Source: a virus. Taken from it: DNA of 45,650 bases. Made by a program: the position numbers and the translations under genes. This document shows positions 36,155 through 44,287 of the stretch, piece by piece; within the stretch, counting starts at the first letter, position 1; each line of letters starts with the position of its first letter. The stretch lies in the UHGV virus genome UHGV-0038856. One strand, given 5' to 3'. A model generated the notes under the pieces. The model saw only the letters and a list, made by a program, of their open reading frames with translations. It had not been told where the DNA came from and ran no database searches.

Positions 36155-37216
36155 TTATTTACCTATTCGCGCAATCATAATAACAAAATCTTCTCCATTA
36201 TAAATGATATTATTATTAGTAGATATTTTCATATCTATTTGCTTATTATTACAAATTTTTAAAATATTAGACAAATATTCGTAATTTACAGCAATTTTAA
36301 TATTTTCAACTTCACATTCAATATCAATATTCTCTTGTAAAACATTATCATACGTTACTGTCATATTATTATTTTCAATAGACATTGTGAATCTTTTATC
36401 TAATGTTTTTAATACAAACAAACGTTTTAAACACTTTTCAAGTGCACTTCTATCTATTGATAATGTAGAGGTTTTTTGCGATTCAATTTGTAAAATTTTC
36501 TCAATTGGTGGATATTGACCCTGCATTAAATGTGTATACAATTTACAATACTCACCCTCAAAACATACAGAAGAAGAGCTTAAGCTAAGCTTAATATCTT
36601 CATCTTTAAATAGTCTACTAGCAGCATGTAATGCTTGTGTTTTTACAGTAAATGCAAAAGTAGCTTTATTGTTTATGATATTGTTAGTAATTCCAGCAGC
36701 TGCTTGATTACAACCATAAGTAGTTAATATTTTATCTTTTAATTTTAAATGTAAACCACCCAACACACCTTTATCTTTTGTTTCGATCCATGGAGAAACA
36801 ATATTAATACATCTTTCAAGTAAATTTGAAGGTAAATTGCCACATTCTTCAAATGTAGAGTTGATGGTAAGGCCATCAAACTCTTTACACTCAAATAATT
36901 GTAAGCTTACTTTTACTGAATTTTGCTGAATAAACACTTTACTAACAGTAGAATGTATTGTAACATTACCATCAAAACTTTGAATAATACCAATAAATTT
37001 ATTAGCATCAATACATAATTCACCTGCTTCTAATACTTTGCAAGGAATATCAATAATTGCTCTATCGCAAATTCCTACTAAAGAAAAAGTTATTTTATCA
37101 TTTAATGCTTTTATAAGCATTCTGCCTAAAACACTATCTCCTTTGAATTCACTTACAATATATGCTACGTTTTTTAAATTATAAGCAATTAAATTAGCAT
37201 CTACCTCTACTCTCAT
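36155..37216 (-). CDS. DNA polymerase III beta sliding clamp homologue (divergent DnaN-like)
   Basis: 353 aa with three-domain pattern: V.EAGELCIDA.KF..I, L.GLHL, LMQGQYP and I.IAVNYEYL..IL. Confidence 0.8.
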   Translation of the reverse strand: MRVEVDANLIAYNLKNVAYIVSEFKGDSVLGRMLIKALNDKITFSLVGICDRAIIDIPCKVLEAGELCIDANKFIGIIQSFDGNVTIHSTVSKVFIQQNSVKVSLQLFECKEFDGLTINSTFEECGNLPSNLLERCINIVSPWIETKDKGVLGGLHLKLKDKILTTYGCNQAAAGITNNIINNKATFAFTVKTQALHAASRLFKDEDIKLSLSSSSVCFEGEYCKLYTHLMQGQYPPIEKILQIESQKTSTLSIDRSALEKCLKRLFVLKTLDKRFTMSIENNNMTVTYDNVLQENIDIECEVENIKIAVNYEYLSNILKICNNKQIDMKISTNNNIIYNGEDFVIMIARIGK

Positions 37217-37218
37217 TA

Positions 37219-37797
37219 CTACCTTCCAATCAATGAATAAAATCTATTAGTTAAATTAACATCAGTTTGAAATTGACCACTCAACACTTCTGTACGAGTA
37301 ACTGAACCATTTTTCTTAATACCACGAGCTGAAACACAACCATGCTCACCTTCAATTACAACAGCAACACTATCCGTTTGTAATATTTGTTTCATAACAT
37401 AACTAATATCTTCACAGATTCTCTCTTGCAGTTGCAGCCTTTTGGCAACCATATCTGCAATTCTTGCAACTTTAGACAGACCAATAACTTTATCTTTTGG
37501 AATGTAAGCCACATGAGCTTTCATATTAAACATTAAAGCTAAATGATGACAACAGTGTGAAAAAATAGGAATATCTGAAACTAAAACCATATTATTCGAT
37601 GTTGGCAAACTGAACTTCTTATCAAACATCATTACTATCTCTTCGTTCGTATATTTTTCACCCTCAAGCAACTCTGCCCAATATTTAGTAACACGTTTAG
37701 GAGTGTCAATTAAATTTTCATCTGTAAGATCTTGATTAAAAGCAAGCAGAAGTTGCTCTATTGCTTTTTCTGCTTGCTGTAAATTAAATTGCTTCAT
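37219..37797 (-). CDS. folE: GTP cyclohydrolase I
   Basis: L.DTPKRV, S.CxHH, IGLSK.AR, RLQLQER and H.C...RG motifs. Confidence 0.93.
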   Translation of the reverse strand: MKQFNLQQAEKAIEQLLLAFNQDLTDENLIDTPKRVTKYWAELLEGEKYTNEEIVMMFDKKFSLPTSNNMVLVSDIPIFSHCCHHLALMFNMKAHVAYIPKDKVIGLSKVARIADMVAKRLQLQERICEDISYVMKQILQTDSVAVVIEGEHGCVSARGIKKNGSVTRTEVLSGQFQTDVNLTNRFYSLIGR

Positions 37798-38456
37798 TAA
37801 ACACCTCTCATATTCTTATCCCAAATTATTTTATGAATTTGGATTTGCATTGTAATGTCATATAATTTTTTATCTTTTAAAAATTGAACGATATCTTGTA
37901 ATGGAATTTGTTCAAACACAGGACTTACATAAAATTGAGCCAACGTTTCATAATTTCTATAAATACGTTCCATTTCAATTAAATCTTCTTTAGAACCTAC
38001 TACGAACTTAATCACATCACAAGGTCTAGCTAATAACAAGTTACTTTCTAACATCTTATCATTAGCACCACTAGAAGGACATTTCCAGTCTATTGTAAAC
38101 ATTAAACTACTACGCAATCCTCTATCAACTTTATTAATAAAAATAGAGCCGTTTGTTTCTATATTAACGTCGTAACCCTCTTCTAACAATAGAGGAATTA
38201 ATTCATTACATACTTCTTCGTGTAGTAAAGGTTCACCTCCAGTAATAGTTACCATTTTGCAACCCAATAGTTGTACTCGTGAGAAAATCTCTTCTACTGA
38301 TAATTGAGGAGCATTTTGTATATCGAAGCTATACTTTGTATCACAATAACTACACCGAAGATTACAACCTGCAGTACGTATAAATGTACACAATTTACCG
38401 CTTCTACGACCTTCACCTTCTAACGAATTAAATATTTCAATTATAGGAATAGTCAT
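37797..38456 (-). CDS. queE: 7-carboxy-7-deazaguanine synthase (radical SAM)
   Basis: EIF.SLEGEG, FIR..GCNLRCSYCDT, ITGGEPL, IETNG and Q.HK motifs. Confidence 0.93.
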   Translation of the reverse strand: MTIPIIEIFNSLEGEGRRSGKLCTFIRTAGCNLRCSYCDTKYSFDIQNAPQLSVEEIFSRVQLLGCKMVTITGGEPLLHEEVCNELIPLLLEEGYDVNIETNGSIFINKVDRGLRSSLMFTIDWKCPSSGANDKMLESNLLLARPCDVIKFVVGSKEDLIEMERIYRNYETLAQFYVSPVFEQIPLQDIVQFLKDKKLYDITMQIQIHKIIWDKNMRGV

Positions 38457-38828
38457 CTACTTATCCTCCTCAAAAGTTGCTATATTGTTTTTAGTTTCTT
38501 CGATGTCAACTCTATAACATCTCACACCTCGTTCTACATCTGATACAGTATGATTTGTATTTAATAAAGAGCAGATATAGCATGCAAGATTTTCGGCAGT
38601 AGGATTGAAGTTGACTAGATCGTTCAGATGTTTATGATCAAACTTATCATGAATAAGTTTTTTTATTTTAGCAAAATCAAATATCATTCCATTATTATCT
38701 AACTTATCTGCTTTCATATAAACAGTAATATTCCAATTATGTCCGTGGAATTGAGAACATGGACTTTCATAATCCAATTTCAACTGATGACTTCCACACA
38801 CTTCAAAAGTTTTCTTTAATTTATACAT
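38457..38828 (-). CDS. queD: 6-carboxy-5,6,7,8-tetrahydropterin synthase
   Basis: SH.L......C...HGHN, GM..DF, DH..LN, NPTAEN.A and EET motifs. Confidence 0.93.
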   Translation of the reverse strand: MYKLKKTFEVCGSHQLKLDYESPCSQFHGHNWNITVYMKADKLDNNGMIFDFAKIKKLIHDKFDHKHLNDLVNFNPTAENLACYICSLLNTNHTVSDVERGVRCYRVDIEETKNNIATFEEDK

Positions 38829-38830
38829 TT

Positions 38831-39607
38831 TTATACCTCTACTACATCTTGTACTACATTCTCTACTGCTTTAGTCAATTCTTGCCATCTAGTAAGATCA
38901 ACAGGCATTTGTTCTAAATCTATTTTCAAATCTCTTGGTCTATCTTCAGAAACGTGTAATTGTTTCCATTGAGGAGTTGATAATGCTGTGAAGTAACCTG
39001 TATCTACAGATCTTACAAAATTAGATATTGGTGAAACTAATTCACGCAAACCAGTATCACATCCTAACCAATGAATTTCACAATCAGTACGACCTAATCT
39101 GTCGATAATTTTTAAAATTTCTAACGTTAAATCATAACGACCTAATCCATTTTCACTATCCATACTACAATACCATTTTGGCAGCATAATAGTATTGATA
39201 GGCAAACTGATCAATTGTTCTGCACATTGCAATAATTGTTGTCTATTTTCACCTTGACAAACTGCAGCTATGTTATACTGTTGTTTTATTTCGTCAGGCA
39301 AATCAATCCAATATTTTAAAGTTCTACAAGCAGATTTGCCCGAACGCGGAATGTCTGGCAATACAATTTCATTAGCTCCAATAATTCTTGCAGCTTTCAG
39401 TACTAAATCAAAATCCATCCCTTTACCGAGTTCGCAAGCTGAGTTGTCTAAAATTTTAAACGTTTCAATACCATTTTCTTTATCTTTTGCTAAGAATTTA
39501 AATACTTCAGGATGTTCTAATACTTTATGAGTTAAGTACATTTCAATATTTTGTCTTGGCATTTCCTCAGAAATCATATTAACTGGTAATATATGTGCTA
39601 TTTGCAT
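38831..39607 (-). CDS. Divergent TGT/DpdA-like TIM-barrel (putative guanine transglycosylase)
   Basis: Motif order ILDNSA.E, IVLPD, AVCQG, IHWLG, RSVDT parallels TGT/DpdA (DSG, xD, V.QG, H.LG, S.D); adjacent to queD/queE/folE. Confidence 0.65.
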   Translation of the reverse strand: MQIAHILPVNMISEEMPRQNIEMYLTHKVLEHPEVFKFLAKDKENGIETFKILDNSACELGKGMDFDLVLKAARIIGANEIVLPDIPRSGKSACRTLKYWIDLPDEIKQQYNIAAVCQGENRQQLLQCAEQLISLPINTIMLPKWYCSMDSENGLGRYDLTLEILKIIDRLGRTDCEIHWLGCDTGLRELVSPISNFVRSVDTGYFTALSTPQWKQLHVSEDRPRDLKIDLEQMPVDLTRWQELTKAVENVVQDVVEV

Positions 39608-39930
39608 TGTTCTACTTCCTTTCCTAAGTTATTTTCTCTATTGTAAATCAATACACTTACATTCCAAAGACATGCTGCTAAATGATCTTCATCAACTGCA
39701 CCACTTAATGCTTGAAATAAGTGTCTCAATGCCGAATCGTACAAAGAATTATTAGGTATACCTTTACGCCAATTATTATCTCCATGCAATTTAGCACCAT
39801 ATTCAAATCTTTTAGCCAAAGCATTAATTGCTTCTATTGGAAGTAAGTCGAATCGTCCTTTTCCCTCGCTACTATTGCGTCTTGCACCAGTAGAAAATAC
39901 ACGACTTGAATCTTCTCGAATTTCACTCAT
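39598..39930 (-). CDS. dATP/dGTP diphosphohydrolase-like protein (DUF5664)
   Basis: F.TGA.R...GKGRFDLLP, YGA...GD.NW.KG, DSALRH and EDHLAA..WN motifs. Confidence 0.82.
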   Translation of the reverse strand: MSEIREDSSRVFSTGARRNSSEGKGRFDLLPIEAINALAKRFEYGAKLHGDNNWRKGIPNNSLYDSALRHLFQALSGAVDEDHLAACLWNVSVLIYNRENNLGKEVEQCK

Positions 39931-40250
39931 TATCTTTTTCCTCCAGTAATATCAATAACTGCACCACCATGTCTCTCGTTTAATTTAGCAACGTTCTTTT
40001 CTAAGATTTGAGTCATTGGTACTCCTAATGTGCATGCTGCTGCAAATAATTGCCACGCAACATCACCTAATTCGTCAATCAATTTATCGTATAGTTGCTG
40101 TGGTGTATATTTACCTGGGTAGATACTATCTTTTTTTGCTACATCACAAACTTCTCCAACTTCACCTGCTAAACCTAATAAAGCTAATTCAGGTGTATAA
40201 TTTTCACTCATACCTTTACTCACATATTGTTGATATTGTTTAATATCCAT
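39930..40250 (-). CDS. MazG-like nucleotide pyrophosphohydrolase
   Basis: LGLAGEVGEV, DELGDV.W and N..KL..R motifs; GGAGG RBS before ATG 40250. Confidence 0.88.
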   Translation of the reverse strand: MDIKQYQQYVSKGMSENYTPELALLGLAGEVGEVCDVAKKDSIYPGKYTPQQLYDKLIDELGDVAWQLFAAACTLGVPMTQILEKNVAKLNERHGGAVIDITGGKR

Positions 40251-40584
40251 AATAAACTTTGCCTCCATTTTCGTTATCTTCTAACACTGCACAACTAACC
40301 TGTCTTTTGCCATACTGTTTAATTAACTCTTCGCAAATTTGAGTAGCCATTGTCTCACAAGAATCTCTCACTTCAAATGGATTTGATCTGAGAAAATTAT
40401 CCACATGATGCTTAACCATAATAAACTCAAGCTCACGATCATTATGAAATACCTCCATTTCTATTTCAACATAGAATAGATGTCTATGTGGAAATCTTAA
40501 ATAATCAACTTTGTTTGGAGCTTCTAAAAATTTGTGAATATTCTCAAATTGAGTCTTCACAATGATTGTCGATTTTTTGCCCAT
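40240..40584 (-). CDS. QueD-like T-fold protein, DpdL-like (putative CDG decarboxylase)
   Basis: FE.IH....AP, LRFPHRHLF (LxxxHRHxF), V.HNDRE.EF, SCE..A and V.ED.ENG motifs. Confidence 0.7.
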   Translation of the reverse strand: MGKKSTIIVKTQFENIHKFLEAPNKVDYLRFPHRHLFYVEIEMEVFHNDRELEFIMVKHHVDNFLRSNPFEVRDSCETMATQICEELIKQYGKRQVSCAVLEDNENGGKVYYGY

Positions 40585-40723
40585 TTCTAATTCTCCTATT
40601 CTGTTCTATCATGTCGTTAATCGCATGTGAAAAACTATTAAAGCAATGCTCGTTAATTAAATCGTCAACGAAATCTTTATTAGAATTTCGCAATGCAATA
40701 CACTTTCGAATCGTATCGTTCAT
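40544..40723 (-). CDS. 59-aa ribbon-helix-helix-like regulator, not in ORF track
   Basis: Hand translation MNDTIRKCIALRNSNKDFVDDLINEHCFNSFSHAINDMIEQ...; AAGGAG RBS; strand-helix-helix pattern. Confidence 0.55.
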   Translation of the reverse strand: MNDTIRKCIALRNSNKDFVDDLINEHCFNSFSHAINDMIEQNRRIRNGQKIDNHCEDSI

Positions 40724-40731
40724 ATTATCTC

Positions 40732-40770
40732 CTTTGTAAGTATTGTCTTAAAAATGTATTACAAAGTCAA
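40732..40770 (-). promoter_or_regulatory. Promoter TTGACT-N17-GACAAT of the modification operon with flanking inverted repeat
   Basis: agtcaa at 40765-70 and attgtc at 40742-47; ctttgtaa 40732-39 pairs with ttacaaag 40759-66. Confidence 0.6.
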
Positions 40771-41112
40771 GCTTTTTTTATATATTTTTTTAACAAATTG
40801 CACAGCAGTATATGTGTCTCTACAAATTTCAACTGGTATATTACACTTTTGCAAGTTATGTATAAATTTCATTTGTTGTTGACTAGCAACACCAACATCT
40901 GTTTTAAATTCGATAGCAACAATAATTCCAGTAGAGAGTAATATCCAATAATCACAAACGCCATCATGAAGACCAACTTTTTTCATTTTAGCACACTCTT
41001 TTGGTGATGAGTGCATTCCATTAGGAACGTGCCAATGTTCTAAAATGTAAGGTTGTTTTTTACACCAATTATGGAAAGTTTGTTGAATGCTATATTCTGA
41101 TAATTTAATCAT
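40759..41112 (-). CDS. VRR-NUC domain nuclease / resolvase
   Basis: E..IQ, HVPNG, G...GV.D, IEFK and Q..F motifs. Confidence 0.85.
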   Translation of the reverse strand: MIKLSEYSIQQTFHNWCKKQPYILEHWHVPNGMHSSPKECAKMKKVGLHDGVCDYWILLSTGIIVAIEFKTDVGVASQQQMKFIHNLQKCNIPVEICRDTYTAVQFVKKIYKKSLTL

Positions 41113-41242
41113 CAATTTCACTTCTTACTAATTTCGCATAATAAATCAATTGATCAACTATTGCATTCACATTTAAATTTTTGTTATTATATATATATTT
41201 TTCTTTTTCTAAAGTATCAATATATTCCAATAAACTTTCCAC
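41105..41242 (-). CDS. 45-aa hypothetical protein, not in ORF track
   Basis: GTG start after GGAGG; fills the gap between the methylase and VRR-NUC genes. Confidence 0.45.
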   Translation of the reverse strand: MESLLEYIDTLEKEKYIYNNKNLNVNAIVDQLIYYAKLVRSEIDD

Positions 41243-41243
41243 T

Positions 41244-41822
41244 TTAAACCTCCTCATAATATTTAATAATTATATCACTTTGCACTTCGTTACCCCAAAC
41301 ATCCCAGCCTTCTACTTTTTTTCTCGCAAACAACTCTATGCGCGGCACATCACCTAGTAGCTCAACTATTTTGGATCTTACGATATCTGTTTTTTTGGAA
41401 TGCACTTCAATTGGTGCTTCTATGATTTGACTAATATTATGTACTAAAACTTGTTTTTGTGCTTTTGTCTTGTGTGAAACAGCTAATAAACAAATCTCAG
41501 CATTTGCTCTTGTGTAGTTACCCATTCCCCAAAAATTAGTATTTGATCTTTTATTTTTTTTAATCCACACGAATGCTGCTGTTTTATATTCAAAACCCCA
41601 TGCCTTTATAACTTTTAAAGCTTCATGCAGATTAGGAAACGTTGCCCATATAAATAAAATGCAATTGTCAGACTTAATATTTTTAATAGGTAAGGCACTT
41701 ATGTCTTCTGTTGACATTACATTGTAATGTGTTTGAGCCATACCATATCTATAATTTTTACTACCATGTGCTTTATAACTCCATGGAGGATCTGCATAAA
41801 TAACTTGATATTTACTTTTCAT
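41244..41822 (-). CDS. MT-A70 family DNA adenine methyltransferase
   Basis: VIYADPPW, LFIWAT.P, WGF.YKT..FVW.K, GMG.YTRANAE.C and RIELFAR motifs; start ATG 41822. Confidence 0.92.
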   Translation of the reverse strand: MKSKYQVIYADPPWSYKAHGSKNYRYGMAQTHYNVMSTEDISALPIKNIKSDNCILFIWATFPNLHEALKVIKAWGFEYKTAAFVWIKKNKRSNTNFWGMGNYTRANAEICLLAVSHKTKAQKQVLVHNISQIIEAPIEVHSKKTDIVRSKIVELLGDVPRIELFARKKVEGWDVWGNEVQSDIIIKYYEEV

Positions 41823-41823
41823 T

Positions 41824-41961
41824 CTAAACCTCCTCGTAACATTTAACGTCAAATTCATAGCCATCTGACAAAATTCTATCTACTGCAATATCTCGTGCTT
41901 CTTTTTCATTATTAGCTTCAATTTCGAACTTGCAATTTACTTCTACATAAAAGTTTTTCAT
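41824..41961 (-). CDS. 45-aa hypothetical protein (MKNFYVEV...EIEANNEKEA), not in ORF track
   Basis: Hand translation; AAGGAG RBS. Confidence 0.6.
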   Translation of the reverse strand: MKNFYVEVNCKFEIEANNEKEARDIAVDRILSDGYEFDVKCYEEV

Positions 41962-41973
41962 TTATTCTCCTTT

Positions 41974-43398
41974 CTAATCGTATTTCAAAGATGCTAACTT
42001 CCATCCTTTATTCTTTATTTTATTTAGTTTTGTTATTTTTCGCTTAAAAAATTGTATGCTACTCTCTGTAGGCCTTTTAGTTTTTAAACAATCAATAAAT
42101 AAAAACCATTTATAACCATTCTTATAACCACGTTCCTCTACCAACTCTGCAATTTGTTTTTTTATCTCATTTTGCATACTAAATGCTTTTTCTAAACGTT
42201 GAATATTTTTCTTATTAGTAGAATTATTACATTGTTCGTCAATCTCTGTAAATTCATAACCGCAATAAGGACAAATACTAATTGTTTTCTCAACAATAGC
42301 TCCACATTCAGGACATTGCTTAACAGTACAACTGTCTGCTAATCTTTGTTTTGGTCTAAAATATCTGAGATCATTACAAAATCCGTGTTGTCTTACAATG
42401 TCAGCACAATCTAACATAATGCATTGAATTTTGTTTGGAGCTATTCTTAAACCACGTCCACATTGTTGCAAATAACGACGTAATATCTTAGTTGGATTTG
42501 CAAATACAATACATTCAACTTGTTTATCGTCAAAACCTGCAACAAGAATACCTACATTAAAAATTACTTGAATTTTATTATCAATAAACCTTTGTATTAC
42601 TTTTGATCTGTCAACACGTGAGCTAAATACTACATCACTTTTAACTCCAGTAGAAGAAAAATATTCGTTGAGTATTTTAGCTTGCTTTATAGAAGAGCAA
42701 AATACAATAGTTTTTAAGTCACTAGCAATATTATGCCATTCGTTGTAGATTTTTGCAGCACACGAAGTATTTGCCATCAAATCATCTAATTCACCAATAT
42801 CATAATCACCATTAGTTATTCTTATAAAACTCAAATCTAAATTATAAGATTGAGGTGTATAATATTGTGGTTTTACTAAATATTTCATGTCTATAAGATC
42901 TTGAGTTTGAATTTCGTTTATATAATCGTCAAAACCTTTTAGTAAATACCCTTTATTATCAATAGGAGTTGCACTTACTCCTATAATTTTTGCTTTAGTT
43001 TGACAATCACAAATAGATGCAAACATTTGACCGTCATAATAATCGTGAATCTCATCAAAGAAAATAAAATCACAATCTAAGTCTAATAATTGTTGTCGTC
43101 TATTGTAAGCTGTTTGTAACATAATAACTTGTATCAATTTACTGCTATCAAAATTTTTCCATCTACTTTTAAGCACGCTACAATCAGGAAGTAATTTGAC
43201 AGTCTGTTCAACTAATTCTTCTCTATTAACAATAATAGCAGTTCTAAGACCTCTTTCAGCCATTAAGTTTGCCCAACTAGCCATCATGACAGTTTTTCCA
43301 CCACCAGTTGGTAATGAAAGTAATACTTTACGATTATTCTTAACACTTTTATATAATTTGTTTAAAATATCTTTTTGATATTGTCTAAGCTGAAACAT
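41974..43398 (-). CDS. Superfamily 2 DNA helicase with C-terminal zinc ribbon
   Basis: LRQYQ, LPTGGGKT, DEIH, SATP, GFD, QQCGRGLR and CPECG..CPYCG motifs. Confidence 0.93.
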   Translation of the reverse strand: MFQLRQYQKDILNKLYKSVKNNRKVLLSLPTGGGKTVMMASWANLMAERGLRTAIIVNREELVEQTVKLLPDCSVLKSRWKNFDSSKLIQVIMLQTAYNRRQQLLDLDCDFIFFDEIHDYYDGQMFASICDCQTKAKIIGVSATPIDNKGYLLKGFDDYINEIQTQDLIDMKYLVKPQYYTPQSYNLDLSFIRITNGDYDIGELDDLMANTSCAAKIYNEWHNIASDLKTIVFCSSIKQAKILNEYFSSTGVKSDVVFSSRVDRSKVIQRFIDNKIQVIFNVGILVAGFDDKQVECIVFANPTKILRRYLQQCGRGLRIAPNKIQCIMLDCADIVRQHGFCNDLRYFRPKQRLADSCTVKQCPECGAIVEKTISICPYCGYEFTEIDEQCNNSTNKKNIQRLEKAFSMQNEIKKQIAELVEERGYKNGYKWFLFIDCLKTKRPTESSIQFFKRKITKLNKIKNKGWKLASLKYD

Positions 43399-44287
43399 AT
43401 TCACCCATCCAAAACTCTCCGACATCATTATAACTATCTAATATGTCTCTCTTATCTATAAAGAAGGTATACTTATTAAGTATTTCTTGTGTAATTTCGT
43501 TTCCAGTTTTATCATTATCTAATAATAAATAACAATTATTATATTTTGTAAAATTTATAGTAGAAAGATTGTTAAATATATCTTCTGCACCATTTGCAGG
43601 TGTAAGTATAGTATATAAGTCTGCTTTTTTTTGCTCCTCTAGTATTTGCTTTAAGCAATAACCATCTTTAAAGCCTTCTACTATTATTAAATTTTCACTA
43701 TTCTGCCCATTCCATACGCAACACAAACAACTAGGAGATTCGTAAGTATGTCTTATAATTTTTTCATCACCTATTTGTCGTAATTCAAATCCAACAAGAG
43801 AAAAATCGTGATTAATTGAAATCATAGGAAAAACCACGCTTTCACCAATGTTTAACATATTAGGAGCACTATCATAGCCAATTTCACAATCTCTTATCGT
43901 TTGTTTATTTATACCATGTTTATTCCATAAATATTTGATAGCTTTATTAGTTATCTCTTGATTAGCTTGTATCATGTAAATCATTAAATTTTCTAAATTA
44001 AGCTGCCACCACGGCGTATACTGTTTTTTTACAGGTTTAACAATAGAAGAATAGTCAATACCTTTATCTCTTCTTTTATTATTGATCATCTTTAGAACCT
44101 GTTTACCACCATCACTGCACGCAAAACATTTTAACACACCTTTTTTAGAGTTGTACAATAAATTATCACCTGATGTATCACCTCCACTACTAGAGCAGAT
44201 TGGGCATCTAAAGTAATACTGATGCCCAACTACCTTAGTAGGTTCTCCAACTATCTCAATTAATTCTCCTAGATTAATGTCTAACAT
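43385..44287 (-). CDS. DNA primase (zinc finger + TOPRIM)
   Basis: CPIC..CFAC, IVEGFKD and LLDND.TG motifs. Confidence 0.85.
   Translation of the reverse strand: MLDINLGELIEIVGEPTKVVGHQYYFRCPICSSSGGDTSGDNLLYNSKKGVLKCFACSDGGKQVLKMINNKRRDKGIDYSSIVKPVKKQYTPWWQLNLENLMIYMIQANQEITNKAIKYLWNKHGINKQTIRDCEIGYDSAPNMLNIGESVVFPMISINHDFSLVGFELRQIGDEKIIRHTYESPSCLCCVWNGQNSENLIIVEGFKDGYCLKQILEEQKKADLYTILTPANGAEDIFNNLSTINFTKYNNCYLLLDNDKTGNEITQEILNKYTFFIDKRDILDSYNDVGEFWMGEYVSA

Noticed and set aside
37219..38828. Auxiliary queuosine (tRNA) or folate biosynthesis genes
   Set aside because: queC, queF and queA are absent and no tRNA was seen; context with the TGT-like barrel favours DNA modification.
39598..40250. 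Z-genome (2-aminoadenine) pathway suggested by the DUF5664/MazG-like genes
   Set aside because: No PurZ/adenylosuccinate synthetase-like gene and no phage polymerase in the window.
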